In this document: one piece after another, positions 9,818 through 17,990 of the stretch | How positions within the stretch are numbered: the first letter of the stretch is position 1 | How the letters are laid out: every line of letters begins with the position of its first letter | Translations under genes and position numbers: made by a program | The notes under the pieces: generated by a model | The model's database searches: none | Seen by the model: the letters and a program-made list of their open reading frames with translations, nothing else | What the model was told of the DNA's origin: nothing | From: Spirochaetaceae bacterium UBA5200 | Lineage (GTDB): Bacteria > Spirochaetota > Spirochaetia > Treponematales > UBA12059 | DNA: 64,000 bases | Direction of reading: 5' to 3' | NCBI GenBank assembly: GCA_002412825.1 | Contig: DHVU01000007.1 | Coordinates: 3,066-67,065, forward strand

Positions 9818-10772
9818 GAACCAAGCGCCCCATCCTGAAGGCTTCTATGCCCTTAGTTTTTGCGTGGGATAGGAGTTCGTCGGCGTCACGCGCCTTGCAC
9901 ACCAAGGCTATGCCCACGCCCAGGTTAAAGACCCGGCGCATCTCCTCTTCGGCCACGCCGCCGCCCTTTTGTATGCGGCCGAATATTGCGGGGCGCGCCC
10001 AGTCCCAGCTGAACTGTCCTTTAAGGCCTTTGGGCACTACCCGCTCAAAATTGCCCTCAAGGCCGGAGCCCGTTATGTGGGCAGCGCCGAGCACGGTTCC
10101 GGTGGCCAATAAGGCCGAGAGCTCGCGTACGTATATGCGCGTAGGCGTAAGCAGCTCTTCCCAGGCCTCGTCGTCATCGTCGCGCACGCATTTCCTGGCA
10201 AGCGAGTAGCCGTTGGAGTGCACGCCGCTCGAGGGCAAGCCTATGACGGCGTCGCCTTCGGCCATGGCCCCGAGGCGCGGAAGGATATCGGCTCGGTCGA
10301 CCACGCCGGCGCAGAAACCGGCCAAGTCTATATCGTCGGGAGCGTAGAGGTCGGGCATCTCGGCGGTTTCGCCGCCGGTAAGCAGGCAGTCCGCCTGCTC
10401 GCAGCCCTCGACTATCCCCTTAATGACGGCCTTAAGCTTATCTTCGTCTATGCCTCCGCAGGCTATATAATCGAGGAAATTGACGGGTTTGCAGCCGCAC
10501 ACGATAAGGTCGTTCACGTTCATGGCGACGAGGTCTATGCCTATGGTATCCCAGCGGCCCAGCTTCTTGGCCACGAGCAGCTTAGTACCCACCCCATCGG
10601 TGGTGGTCATGAGCACGGGATCCTTCATGCCCAGCATGGCCTTGAGGCTTACGCCGCCTGCGAAGCCGCCTATGCCCCTATCTACGGCGCGGGAAGGAAG
10701 GCCACGAATAAAGTCGGCGAATTCGTCGCCCTTTTCCATGTCGACGCCCGAGGATCGGTAGTCTATAGCCAT
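9810..10772 (-). CDS. purM: phosphoribosylformylglycinamidine cyclo-ligase (AIR synthetase)
   Basis: The 320-aa product has AIRS-family motifs (DGVGTKL, GGETAEMP, HITGGG-like HITGSGL). Confidence 0.9.
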   Translation of the reverse strand: MAIDYRSSGVDMEKGDEFADFIRGLPSRAVDRGIGGFAGGVSLKAMLGMKDPVLMTTTDGVGTKLLVAKKLGRWDTIGIDLVAMNVNDLIVCGCKPVNFLDYIACGGIDEDKLKAVIKGIVEGCEQADCLLTGGETAEMPDLYAPDDIDLAGFCAGVVDRADILPRLGAMAEGDAVIGLPSSGVHSNGYSLARKCVRDDDDEAWEELLTPTRIYVRELSALLATGTVLGAAHITGSGLEGNFERVVPKGLKGQFSWDWARPAIFGRIQKGGGVAEEEMRRVFNLGVGIALVCKARDADELLSHAKTKGIEAFRMGRLVRG

Positions 10773-10790
10773 GTCATGCTCCTTGAGGCT

Positions 10791-12212
10791 TCACGAGCCT
10801 TGGTATACCGGGCAGGGATAGTGTCCGTCAAAGCAGGCGCAGCAATACTCGCTCTCAGGCGCGTCGAGCGCTGCCCGGAGGCGCGCCACGCCCAGGAAGC
10901 GCACGCTGTCCGCCCCCGTATACGCGGCTATGCCCGCAGGGTCCAGGCGATTGGATATGAGTTCCTCACGCGTGGGTATGTCGATGCCATAGTAGCAGGG
11001 CCACTTGAGCTCGGGGCTGGACAGGCGCAGATGGACTTCGCTGGCTCCCGCCTCGCGGAGGAGCCGCACGATAATGCCGCTCGTCGTGCCGCGCACCAGC
11101 GAATCGTCGACTATGACCACTTTCTTGCCGCTTACCACCTCGCGCACCGCGTGCAGCTTCATGCGCACCGCAAGGTCGCGCTCGCCCTTGGAAGGGAGGA
11201 TGAATGAGCGCCCGACATAATGGTTGCGGGTAAGGCCGAAGGCAAAAGGCGCGCCGGAAGCCTGGGCGTAGCCAAGGGCGGCCAGGGTGCCCGAATCGGG
11301 CACGGGCACGACCACGTCCGGGCGCAGTTCGTCGTCTAGCGCCATGGCAGCGCCCAAAGCCATACGGGCGCCGTGCACCGAGCGGCCAAAAACGTAGGAG
11401 TCGGGCCGCGCGAAGTATATAGATTCGAAAATGCAGCGGGACCTGCGCGGCGCGGGCTCCAAAAAAAAGGAGCGCACGCCGTCGTCGTCGACGACTATGC
11501 ACTCACCGGGCTCCGCCTCGCGCCAGTCCATGGGGCCTAAGGCGTGCAAGGCGCAGGTTTCGCTGGCCACGAGCCATGCGTCGCCATGCCTGGCAAGGTG
11601 CAGAGGCCTAAAGCCCATAGGGTCGCGTACGGCGACCAGAGCCCCGTTCCAAATCAGGCAGAGGCTGTAAGCCCCTTCCACGCCGGAGAGCGCGTCCCTG
11701 AGTATGGCTTCTATGCCTACAGCGGTGGATCGGCTTATGCGGTGGAGTATGAGTTCGGAATCGCTGGTGGTCTGGAATATTGATCCGCCATCGAAGAGCT
11801 CGGCGCGCAAGGCGACGCCGTTAGACAGATTGCCGTTATGCGCCAAGGCTATGCGGCCTTTATTGCAGTCAACCGCAAGGGGCTGCGCGTTCGCCAGGCC
11901 GCCGCCCCCGTGGGTGGCATAGCGTACATGGCCTATGCCCACGCGGGAGCGCGTAGCGTCCGCCTGCCAATCAGAGGCGGCATTGGCCACCATGCCGAGG
12001 CGCCGGTCCGAACGCAAAAGCCCGCCTTCTTCCCATGCTATGCCGCAGGATTCCTGCCCGCGGTGCTGCTGGGCAAAGAGCATATAAAAAAGGGTACGGG
12101 CTATATCCAGGCCATCGGGCGCGAATGCGGCGGCTAAGCCGCAGTAATGTCCGAGGCCATCATGAGTAGCGGAGCCAGCGCTGCTTTGGGGTTTCACGCT
12201 TGTTTGTAACAC
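10791..12212 (-). CDS. purF: amidophosphoribosyltransferase
   Basis: The 473-aa product is a class II glutamine amidotransferase with a PRTase motif (VVIVDDSLVRGTT) and C-terminal Cys ligands. The start is GTG. The catalytic Cys (YCGLAAAF) is residue 24, which implies either a long propeptide or a later start such as the GTG at codon 6. Confidence 0.9.
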   Translation of the reverse strand: MLQTSVKPQSSAGSATHDGLGHYCGLAAAFAPDGLDIARTLFYMLFAQQHRGQESCGIAWEEGGLLRSDRRLGMVANAASDWQADATRSRVGIGHVRYATHGGGGLANAQPLAVDCNKGRIALAHNGNLSNGVALRAELFDGGSIFQTTSDSELILHRISRSTAVGIEAILRDALSGVEGAYSLCLIWNGALVAVRDPMGFRPLHLARHGDAWLVASETCALHALGPMDWREAEPGECIVVDDDGVRSFFLEPAPRRSRCIFESIYFARPDSYVFGRSVHGARMALGAAMALDDELRPDVVVPVPDSGTLAALGYAQASGAPFAFGLTRNHYVGRSFILPSKGERDLAVRMKLHAVREVVSGKKVVIVDDSLVRGTTSGIIVRLLREAGASEVHLRLSSPELKWPCYYGIDIPTREELISNRLDPAGIAAYTGADSVRFLGVARLRAALDAPESEYCCACFDGHYPCPVYQGS

Positions 12213-12227
12213 GAGCCCGCCTGAGCG

Positions 12228-13946
12228 TCAAGCCAAGGGCAGCTCGTCGTCCAAGGACTCAGAGGCTCCCACAGGAAGACCTAAGCCCGCTTCGCTCTCA
12301 GGAAGAGCATCCGAAGCCTCCGCGACGAGGCTCGATCCCGTACCGCCCGCCGGAGCGGAGCGAACGGGAGCCGGCGGCGACAGGGGCGTCTTTACGAAGG
12401 CGAAGTTGCGCATGATACGCACGAAGGTGTCCGCCCGCTTTTTCCCGTCAGCAAGGCCGGCTATGAGGTCCTTATTCCGCACGCCGCCTAGGTTTCGAAT
12501 ATTCGTAACAAGATCGGGGCTTGAGCGCCTATAGTCGGCAAGCAGCTCGCCTAACGCGTCGCCGAGCATCTGGAAAAGCCCGGACTCGTCCTCGCATATC
12601 TCTCTGGCCTTATAGTTGATTTCATCCACGATCTTCGTCAGAAAGGACATGATGTCCTTGCCATGGCGCATTTCCTCTACATAACGGCGCACCGAGGCTA
12701 TGCTCACCCGCCCATTGCCGAGGAGCCCTTCCTCGAAGGCCGCAATACGCCCGCCGGTTCTGTCGCATTGATAGACTATATTGGCCAGGTTGTTCTGGTA
12801 GGACTTATTCTCAAAGTAGCCCTCTACCAGCACTTTCTTTACCGTATCCTTTATCTGCTGGTCAAAAATGCCAAGGGCGAAGGTTTTCAGTATGCTCAAC
12901 GCCTTTATATGCGAAAACCCGTTAGGGCTTTCGCGGCGCAGATAGCTGTCGTTCTCTTCGTTGTACGCCTCAAGCGTCAGGACTTCTATCCCGCCGAACA
13001 GGTCTTTTATGTCCTTGGCAACCGCGCTTTCATGCCGCTCGCGAAGCAGGCGATCGCGATCGCGCTCATATTGTACCGTCAGGCGCTGACGGTACTGGGC
13101 AAGATAATCAACGCGCTCGCGCCGCAGATCCGGCTGGTAGATAGGGTCGCTCTTGCAGAGCCGCATAAGCGCCATCAAGTTCTCGTCCGAGAGGCGGTAG
13201 CGGAGTATTTTATTCAAGGTATTAAAGATCTTCTCAAGCCGGTGGCGCTGGTCGCGGGCCGCCGCGGGAGAATAGCGGTCAAAAATACGCGACACCTTGG
13301 AAAGCAGCCGCTCCGAGAACGTAAAGCCCTGGAGCAGATAATAGGCGTCGATAATCTCAGGCACCAGCTGTTCGCCGTCGCTGGGCTGGAAATCCGGTTT
13401 ATAGCGATTATCCTCTAGCGTCAGGCCCGGGTCGAAGAATCCGAGTATACGCTCCCAGTCATGGCGGCACAGCTCAATGAAGCGTTCCACCTCGGCAAGC
13501 TCGAGATTGAGAGCCCCGACGGACAGATCATCCACCGCGCCTAGGAAACGCTGAAAATCGCGGCCTATGCCTTCCAGTTCCTCGTCCGCCTTAACGGCGT
13601 TATCGGCCCTGGCCTTCATACCGTCATAGACGAAGGTATCCTTCTTCTCAAGCTCGTTAGGAGGCAGCTCACAATCCACCAGGAAATCGAAGTAGCGCCG
13701 CGCCACGCGAAGGTCGGGATGCGCCAGGGTACGGTCCGCCAGATCCATAAGCGGCTTTAGCGCCTGGCAGAAGAGAAAGAGATCCTGGGCAAAGCCCTGC
13801 ATGACCAAATTATTCTTAAAACGGTAGTAGGGAGGCTTTAGATCGGCTATTACGCTGTATACACGCTTGAGCTCGCCGCGGGCAGTGCCGTCGTCCAAAC
13901 CGAACAGCCTGCGAAAAAACTCGGCGATTACACTAAGGATTCCCAT
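12228..13946 (-). CDS. hypothetical protein (572 aa, mostly helical, low-complexity acidic/Pro-rich C-terminus)
   Basis: This is a long ORF whose codon usage resembles its neighbours. I recognised no family. Its stop is only 15 nt upstream of the purF start. Confidence 0.65.
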   Translation of the reverse strand: MGILSVIAEFFRRLFGLDDGTARGELKRVYSVIADLKPPYYRFKNNLVMQGFAQDLFLFCQALKPLMDLADRTLAHPDLRVARRYFDFLVDCELPPNELEKKDTFVYDGMKARADNAVKADEELEGIGRDFQRFLGAVDDLSVGALNLELAEVERFIELCRHDWERILGFFDPGLTLEDNRYKPDFQPSDGEQLVPEIIDAYYLLQGFTFSERLLSKVSRIFDRYSPAAARDQRHRLEKIFNTLNKILRYRLSDENLMALMRLCKSDPIYQPDLRRERVDYLAQYRQRLTVQYERDRDRLLRERHESAVAKDIKDLFGGIEVLTLEAYNEENDSYLRRESPNGFSHIKALSILKTFALGIFDQQIKDTVKKVLVEGYFENKSYQNNLANIVYQCDRTGGRIAAFEEGLLGNGRVSIASVRRYVEEMRHGKDIMSFLTKIVDEINYKAREICEDESGLFQMLGDALGELLADYRRSSPDLVTNIRNLGGVRNKDLIAGLADGKKRADTFVRIMRNFAFVKTPLSPPAPVRSAPAGGTGSSLVAEASDALPESEAGLGLPVGASESLDDELPLA

Positions 13947-13991
13947 AATCCTCTTATTGTACGCCAGGCGGGCGGCAAGGGCAAGCTGGGC

Positions 13992-14468
13992 TTACAGGGC
14001 TCTGCTTTCCTGGCACCAATAAGCCGTGCTTTCTTCTCCGCTTAAGTTCATCTCAAGATTGTCCTCGGCCCCCTGGCAGACGAGAGAGCTATGCGCAAAG
14101 AGCGGCGCCTTAAGGGCAAGCGCCAATGCTATGGCATCGGAAGGCCGCACGTCGCGGGTCCAGCGCTTCAGGCCCTTGCCGTAGACTATGCGGGCTAGGA
14201 AACTGTCTTCCTCATAGCCGTATACCCCATAGAGCTCCGCCCTCTTAAGCGAGAAACCCTGCTCTTCAATGAACGCGGCAAGCAACTGGTGCGTAAGCGG
14301 CCTGGCGGGAGAAAGGCCCTCGAGCTGCATGATAATGGCTCCAGCCTCGTACGCTCCTACGCTTACCGCTATGGTACCCGACACGCTGCCCAATACCACG
14401 ACAGGAAGACTCTCATCGGAAGGCATAGCGACGCCCTTAACGCGTACAGGCAGCATTTCTTCATTCAT
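13992..14468 (-). CDS. bifunctional nuclease (BFN/DUF151) family protein
   Basis: The 158-aa product contains PVVVLG, RPLTHQLL and VRPSDAIALALALKAPLF, which match the conserved blocks of the DNase/RNase BFN domain. Confidence 0.8.
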   Translation of the reverse strand: MNEEMLPVRVKGVAMPSDESLPVVVLGSVSGTIAVSVGAYEAGAIIMQLEGLSPARPLTHQLLAAFIEEQGFSLKRAELYGVYGYEEDSFLARIVYGKGLKRWTRDVRPSDAIALALALKAPLFAHSSLVCQGAEDNLEMNLSGEESTAYWCQESRAL

Positions 14469-14600
14469 GTATTCAAATATAACCCAAGTTAGATTGTTTT
14501 CAATTGACTACGGGAATTCGAACTACTAGACTTCTATTCTCGGGCTGGAGGCGCAATTGCGCCGCAATCATACGCCCGACCCGCGGAGAGAGGCAGGAGC

Positions 14601-15410
14601 ATGGCGGATTTCTTAAGCGAAACTGACTTTGAGCTCTACCGCAAGCTTATCTATGATGAAAGCGGCATACATTTCTCAGCCACCAATCGCTCCATACTCG
14701 AGAGCAGGCTCAGAGAGCGCCTGCGCGATAAAAAGCTGCAAACGCCCGCGGAATACTACGCCATACTTATCAAGGATAAGGAAGAGCTGAAGATACTGCT
14801 CGATTCGGTAACGACGAATCTTACGCGCTTCTTCCGAAATCAGGCGCATTTCGACGCGATAGAGCACTTCGTTATACCAGAACTGCTTAAACTGCGCGCA
14901 GCCGAACGCAAGCTGCGCTTTTGGAGCGCCGGCTGCTCGACAGGCGAAGAGCCCTACACCATATCCATGCTCTTAAAGCAACTCCTGCCCACCGGCTGGA
15001 ATTACGAGGTAACCGCCAGCGACATAAGCCTTAAATCGCTCATGGTCGGCAAGGAAGGGTTTTACCCCGACATGCGCATCCAAGGCATACCTGACACGTA
15101 CCTAGCCAAGTATTTCGAGAAACGCCCGAACGGCTACCAGATAAAAGAGGATATCAAGAAGGCGATACGCTTTGACTATCACAACCTAAAAAACGATTCA
15201 GGACAACGGGGCCTCGACGTGGTATTCTGCCGCAACGTCCTGATCTATTTTGACGAGGCGGCCCAGAAGGCTACCATCGAACGCTTTTGGGAAGCCATGG
15301 CGCCCAAATCCTTTCTTTTTATCGGCCATTCTGAATCGCTATTCGGCATGAATACCAAGTTCGAGTTCGTTAAGACCGATTGGGCCTGTTTCTACAAAAA
15401 ATCGATATAG
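14601..15410 (+). CDS. cheR: chemotaxis protein methyltransferase
   Basis: The 269-aa product has CheR N-terminal helical and SAM-binding motifs (TNLTRFFRN, FWSAGCSTGEEPYT, VFCRNVLIYF). Confidence 0.9.
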   Translation: MADFLSETDFELYRKLIYDESGIHFSATNRSILESRLRERLRDKKLQTPAEYYAILIKDKEELKILLDSVTTNLTRFFRNQAHFDAIEHFVIPELLKLRAAERKLRFWSAGCSTGEEPYTISMLLKQLLPTGWNYEVTASDISLKSLMVGKEGFYPDMRIQGIPDTYLAKYFEKRPNGYQIKEDIKKAIRFDYHNLKNDSGQRGLDVVFCRNVLIYFDEAAQKATIERFWEAMAPKSFLFIGHSESLFGMNTKFEFVKTDWACFYKKSI

Positions 15411-15421
15411 CGAGGCATGCC

Positions 15422-16540
15422 GTGACCGAGCCTATTTCCGTACTCGTCGTGGACGACTCCGCCCTCATGAGGAACCTCATTTCGCACATCGTGGATGCCA
15501 CGCCCGGACTCGCGGTAGCCGATAAGGCTATGAACGGCGTGTTCGCGTTGCAGAAGATACCCCGCTGCAATCCCGACGTTATCGTTCTGGATATCGAGAT
15601 GCCGCAGATGAACGGCATCGAGTTCCTTAAGGAGCGCAAGCGCCTCGGCATAGAAATACCGGTGGTAATCTTGTCCAGCGTGGCCAAAAAAGGCGCGCAG
15701 ATAACCATGGAAGCCCTCTCGCTCGGCGCCTCGGACTTTATAACCAAACCCTCCGGCTCCGTTTCCTCGGACATACATACCGTGGCCGGAGACCTTGCGC
15801 GGCTACTCGTGGCCTATGGCTCCAAGTATAAAAAAGTAAAGGGCAAGGAAGCGCCGCGCTATCAGTTCGAAAGCCCCGAGCGCATGTTCGAGTCCTTTGC
15901 CGCCCCCGCGCCGGCCAGGCCTGCCGCCCCTGCCACGATAGTGCCCCTTCGCTCTCCTGCGAGCACCGAGATCATAGCCATAGGCATATCCACAGGCGGT
16001 CCGAACGCCCTGCGGGAGGTTTTCGCGGCTATAGACCCCAACCTTAGCCAACCCGTGGTCGTGGTACAGCACATGCCCGCCGGCTTCACCGAGGAGTTCG
16101 CCTCCAGCCTTAACCGCATATGCCCCCTCGACGTAAAGGAAGCAGCCGAAGGCGACATACTCAAGCCGGGCCGAATACTCATAGCGCCCGGCGATTACCA
16201 TATAACGGTGGAGAAGCGCTCTCTGGCCGGCATCGTGCATGTTTCGCAGGAGGAAACCGAAAACGGCCACCGGCCCAGCGCGGATGTGCTCTTCCGCAGC
16301 GTAGCAAAGGAATATGGCAACAAGGCGCTTGCCGTCATTATGACCGGTATGGGCAAGGACGGCGCGAAAGAGCTAGGCTCGGTGTACCGAGAGGGCGGCA
16401 TAACCCTGGGACAGGACGAGGCAAGCAGCATAGTCTATGGCATGCCCAAGGTAGCCAAAGAGTTGGGCTATGTCATGGAGCAGGTATCGCTAGCCAAGAT
16501 GGCCGAGCGTATAAGCGCGCTGGCGGCGGAGAAGCGCTAG
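15422..16540 (+). CDS. cheB: chemotaxis response regulator protein-glutamate methylesterase
   Basis: The product has a REC domain (VLVVDDS, VIVLDIEMPQMNG) and a methylesterase domain (IGISTGGP, VVQHMP, GMGKDG). I chose GTG 15422 because GAGG lies 6 nt upstream. ATG 15380 would overlap cheR by 31 nt. Confidence 0.88.
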   Translation: MTEPISVLVVDDSALMRNLISHIVDATPGLAVADKAMNGVFALQKIPRCNPDVIVLDIEMPQMNGIEFLKERKRLGIEIPVVILSSVAKKGAQITMEALSLGASDFITKPSGSVSSDIHTVAGDLARLLVAYGSKYKKVKGKEAPRYQFESPERMFESFAAPAPARPAAPATIVPLRSPASTEIIAIGISTGGPNALREVFAAIDPNLSQPVVVVQHMPAGFTEEFASSLNRICPLDVKEAAEGDILKPGRILIAPGDYHITVEKRSLAGIVHVSQEETENGHRPSADVLFRSVAKEYGNKALAVIMTGMGKDGAKELGSVYREGGITLGQDEASSIVYGMPKVAKELGYVMEQVSLAKMAERISALAAEKR

Positions 16541-16598
16541 AACTTGCCCTTACGCCGCATATTGATTAGTTTTACGCTAGAGTATAAAGGAGGATCAT

Positions 16599-16781
16599 AT
16601 GGCTAAGAAAACGTACCGATGCGAAGAATGCGGTCATGAAATTACCCAAGATGAAGGCCTGCCGGCCCCCGACTGTTGCGGAGAATCCATGAGCAACCTT
16701 CCGCCCTGCAATAAACCCCATACAGCCGAAGCTTCAAGGCAAGAAGATAGCGACGAAGCCTGCGACGACGGCGTTCATTAA
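16599..16781 (+). CDS. desulforedoxin-like small metal-binding protein with acidic tail
   Basis: The 60-aa ORF is preceded by AAGGAGGA. YRCEECGHEI...DCCGESM mirrors the CxxC...CC desulforedoxin motif found in the N-terminus of the dfx product in this same window ([10 protein letters not shown]...VCCGEPM). A strong terminator follows. Confidence 0.7.
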   Translation: MAKKTYRCEECGHEITQDEGLPAPDCCGESMSNLPPCNKPHTAEASRQEDSDEACDDGVH

Positions 16782-16783
16782 TG

Positions 16784-16815
16784 AAAAAGCCGCCCGGCTG
16801 CCGGGCGGCTTTTTT
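16784..16815. terminator. bidirectional rho-independent terminator
   Basis: AAAAA-GCCGCCCGG-CTG-CCGGGCGGC-TTTTTT lies between the convergent 16599-16781 (+) and 16834-17061 (-) genes. Confidence 0.8.
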
Positions 16816-16833
16816 GTAGAGAGCTCAGGGCCT

Positions 16834-17061
16834 TCAGCCCTGGACTACTTCGGTAACCCCGGGCACGACTTTCTTAAGATAGGCTTCGACGCCCTGCTTA
16901 AGGGTCATAACGGCCATAGGGCAGGAACCGCAGGCGCCGGTGAGGCGCACGGTTACCAAGCCTGATTCAGCAACAGAAATAAGCTCTATATCCCCGCCGT
17001 CGGCCTGCAGGGAAGGTCGTACATCCTGTATGGCCTGGCTAACGCTTTCATGGTCTATCAT
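16834..17061 (-). CDS. NifU-like (Nfu C-terminal domain) Fe-S cluster protein
   Basis: I chose ATG 17061, preceded by AGGAAGGAG. The 75-aa product contains LQADGGDIEL and GACGSCPMA (CxxC). The longer ORF-track version (to 17217) runs into the parA promoter region. Confidence 0.8.
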   Translation of the reverse strand: MIDHESVSQAIQDVRPSLQADGGDIELISVAESGLVTVRLTGACGSCPMAVMTLKQGVEAYLKKVVPGVTEVVQG

Positions 17062-17145
17062 GGCAACTCCTTCCTGGTTAATGTAGCCATCCGGGGGGTA
17101 CGCGGTCAAGCAGGCGGGAGCGAGTAGCCCTGCACGGCCTTTATA

Positions 17146-17154
17146 TGCTATAAT
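17146..17154 (+). promoter_or_regulatory. extended -10 promoter element (TGCTATAAT) upstream of parA
   Basis: TGnTATAAT lies 80 nt upstream of the parA ATG. No good -35 hexamer is present, which is consistent with an extended -10 promoter. Confidence 0.45.
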
Positions 17155-17163
17155 TTTAACCAA

Positions 17164-17189
17164 TTTCAAAACTCGTCTGAGTTTTGAAA
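17164..17189 (+). promoter_or_regulatory. perfect 11-bp inverted repeat (TTTCAAAACTC-GTCT-GAGTTTTGAAA) in the parA leader
   Basis: Read directly from the sequence. It starts 10 nt after the -10 element, so it is an operator or a 5'-UTR hairpin candidate. Confidence 0.5.
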
Positions 17190-17234
17190 GAGCATCATTT
17201 GTCTGCACTATTCTCAAGAAACCGAGGACCGCGC

Positions 17235-17990
17235 ATGTCCAGAACGATCGTATTCGTCAATCAAAAAGGCGGCGTCGGCAAGACTACGTCAGCTATAAAC
17301 CTCGGCGCTTATTTGGCGCTGCTCGGTAACCGCGTACTGCTCATAGACTTCGACCCGCAGGCTAATCTCACGAGCGGCGTGGGGGGCAAATCGGGCTCAC
17401 GCGGCGTATACGAGGTGATTTCGGGTGACGCCTCGATGAAGGACGTGATAGTCCCCACCACCGTAGCGGGCATGTTTCTAGCGCCTTCATCTATAAACCT
17501 TTCGGGAGCCACCGTGGAGCTCGTCAACCGCGAGGATCGCAACGACTACCTTAAGCACGCCATAGCACAGGTAAAGGATCAATATGATTACGTGCTCATC
17601 GATTGCCCCCCTTCGCTTGGCGTGCTCACGCTGAACGGCCTCGCGGCCGCCGACGAAGTGCTCATTCCGCTGCAATGCGAGTATTTCGCGCTCGAAGGAC
17701 TATCCCTCATCCTCCAAACCATACAGCTCGTGCAGAAGAGCATGAACGCCCAATTGCGCATTTCGGGCATACTCTTCACCATGTACGACTCGCGCACGAA
17801 GCTCGCCCAAGACGTGGTGCAGCAGGTAAGCTCATATTTCAAGGACCGGGTATTCAACACCATCATTCCGCGTAACGTGCGCCTGTCTGAAGCGCCAAGC
17901 CATGGCCAGCCCATATGCCTCTATGACGCGGCTTGCGTAGGCGCCAAGAGTTATGAGCGCCTTGCCGGCGAGGTGGTCGCCCGTGGCTAA
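17235..17990 (+). CDS. parA: chromosome partitioning ATPase ParA/Soj
   Basis: The product starts MSRTIVFVNQKGGVGKTT (deviant Walker A) and is ParA-like throughout. ATG 17235 was chosen over 17184. Confidence 0.9.
   Translation: MSRTIVFVNQKGGVGKTTSAINLGAYLALLGNRVLLIDFDPQANLTSGVGGKSGSRGVYEVISGDASMKDVIVPTTVAGMFLAPSSINLSGATVELVNREDRNDYLKHAIAQVKDQYDYVLIDCPPSLGVLTLNGLAAADEVLIPLQCEYFALEGLSLILQTIQLVQKSMNAQLRISGILFTMYDSRTKLAQDVVQQVSSYFKDRVFNTIIPRNVRLSEAPSHGQPICLYDAACVGAKSYERLAGEVVARG

Noticed and set aside
10218-11207. 329-aa plus-strand ORF
   Set aside because: It is entirely antisense to purM and purF, whose products have unmistakable family motifs. Long stop-free antisense frames are expected in GC-rich coding DNA. 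The translation is low-complexity Ala/Gly/His-rich with no recognisable motif.
12663-13418. 251-aa plus-strand ORF; similar cases are 18396-19124 (-), 32447-33202 (-), 43518-44114 (+), 49046-49813 (+), 5645-6328 (+) and 693-1394 (-)
   Set aside because: All lie antisense to longer ORFs that have better coding character or clear homology motifs. None has an RBS or recognisable domains.
16541-16598. Independent promoter for the desulforedoxin-like gene (TTGATT ... TATAAA)
   Set aside because: The spacer is only 15 nt, and the -10 candidate lies directly against the RBS. Co-transcription with cheB is at least as likely.
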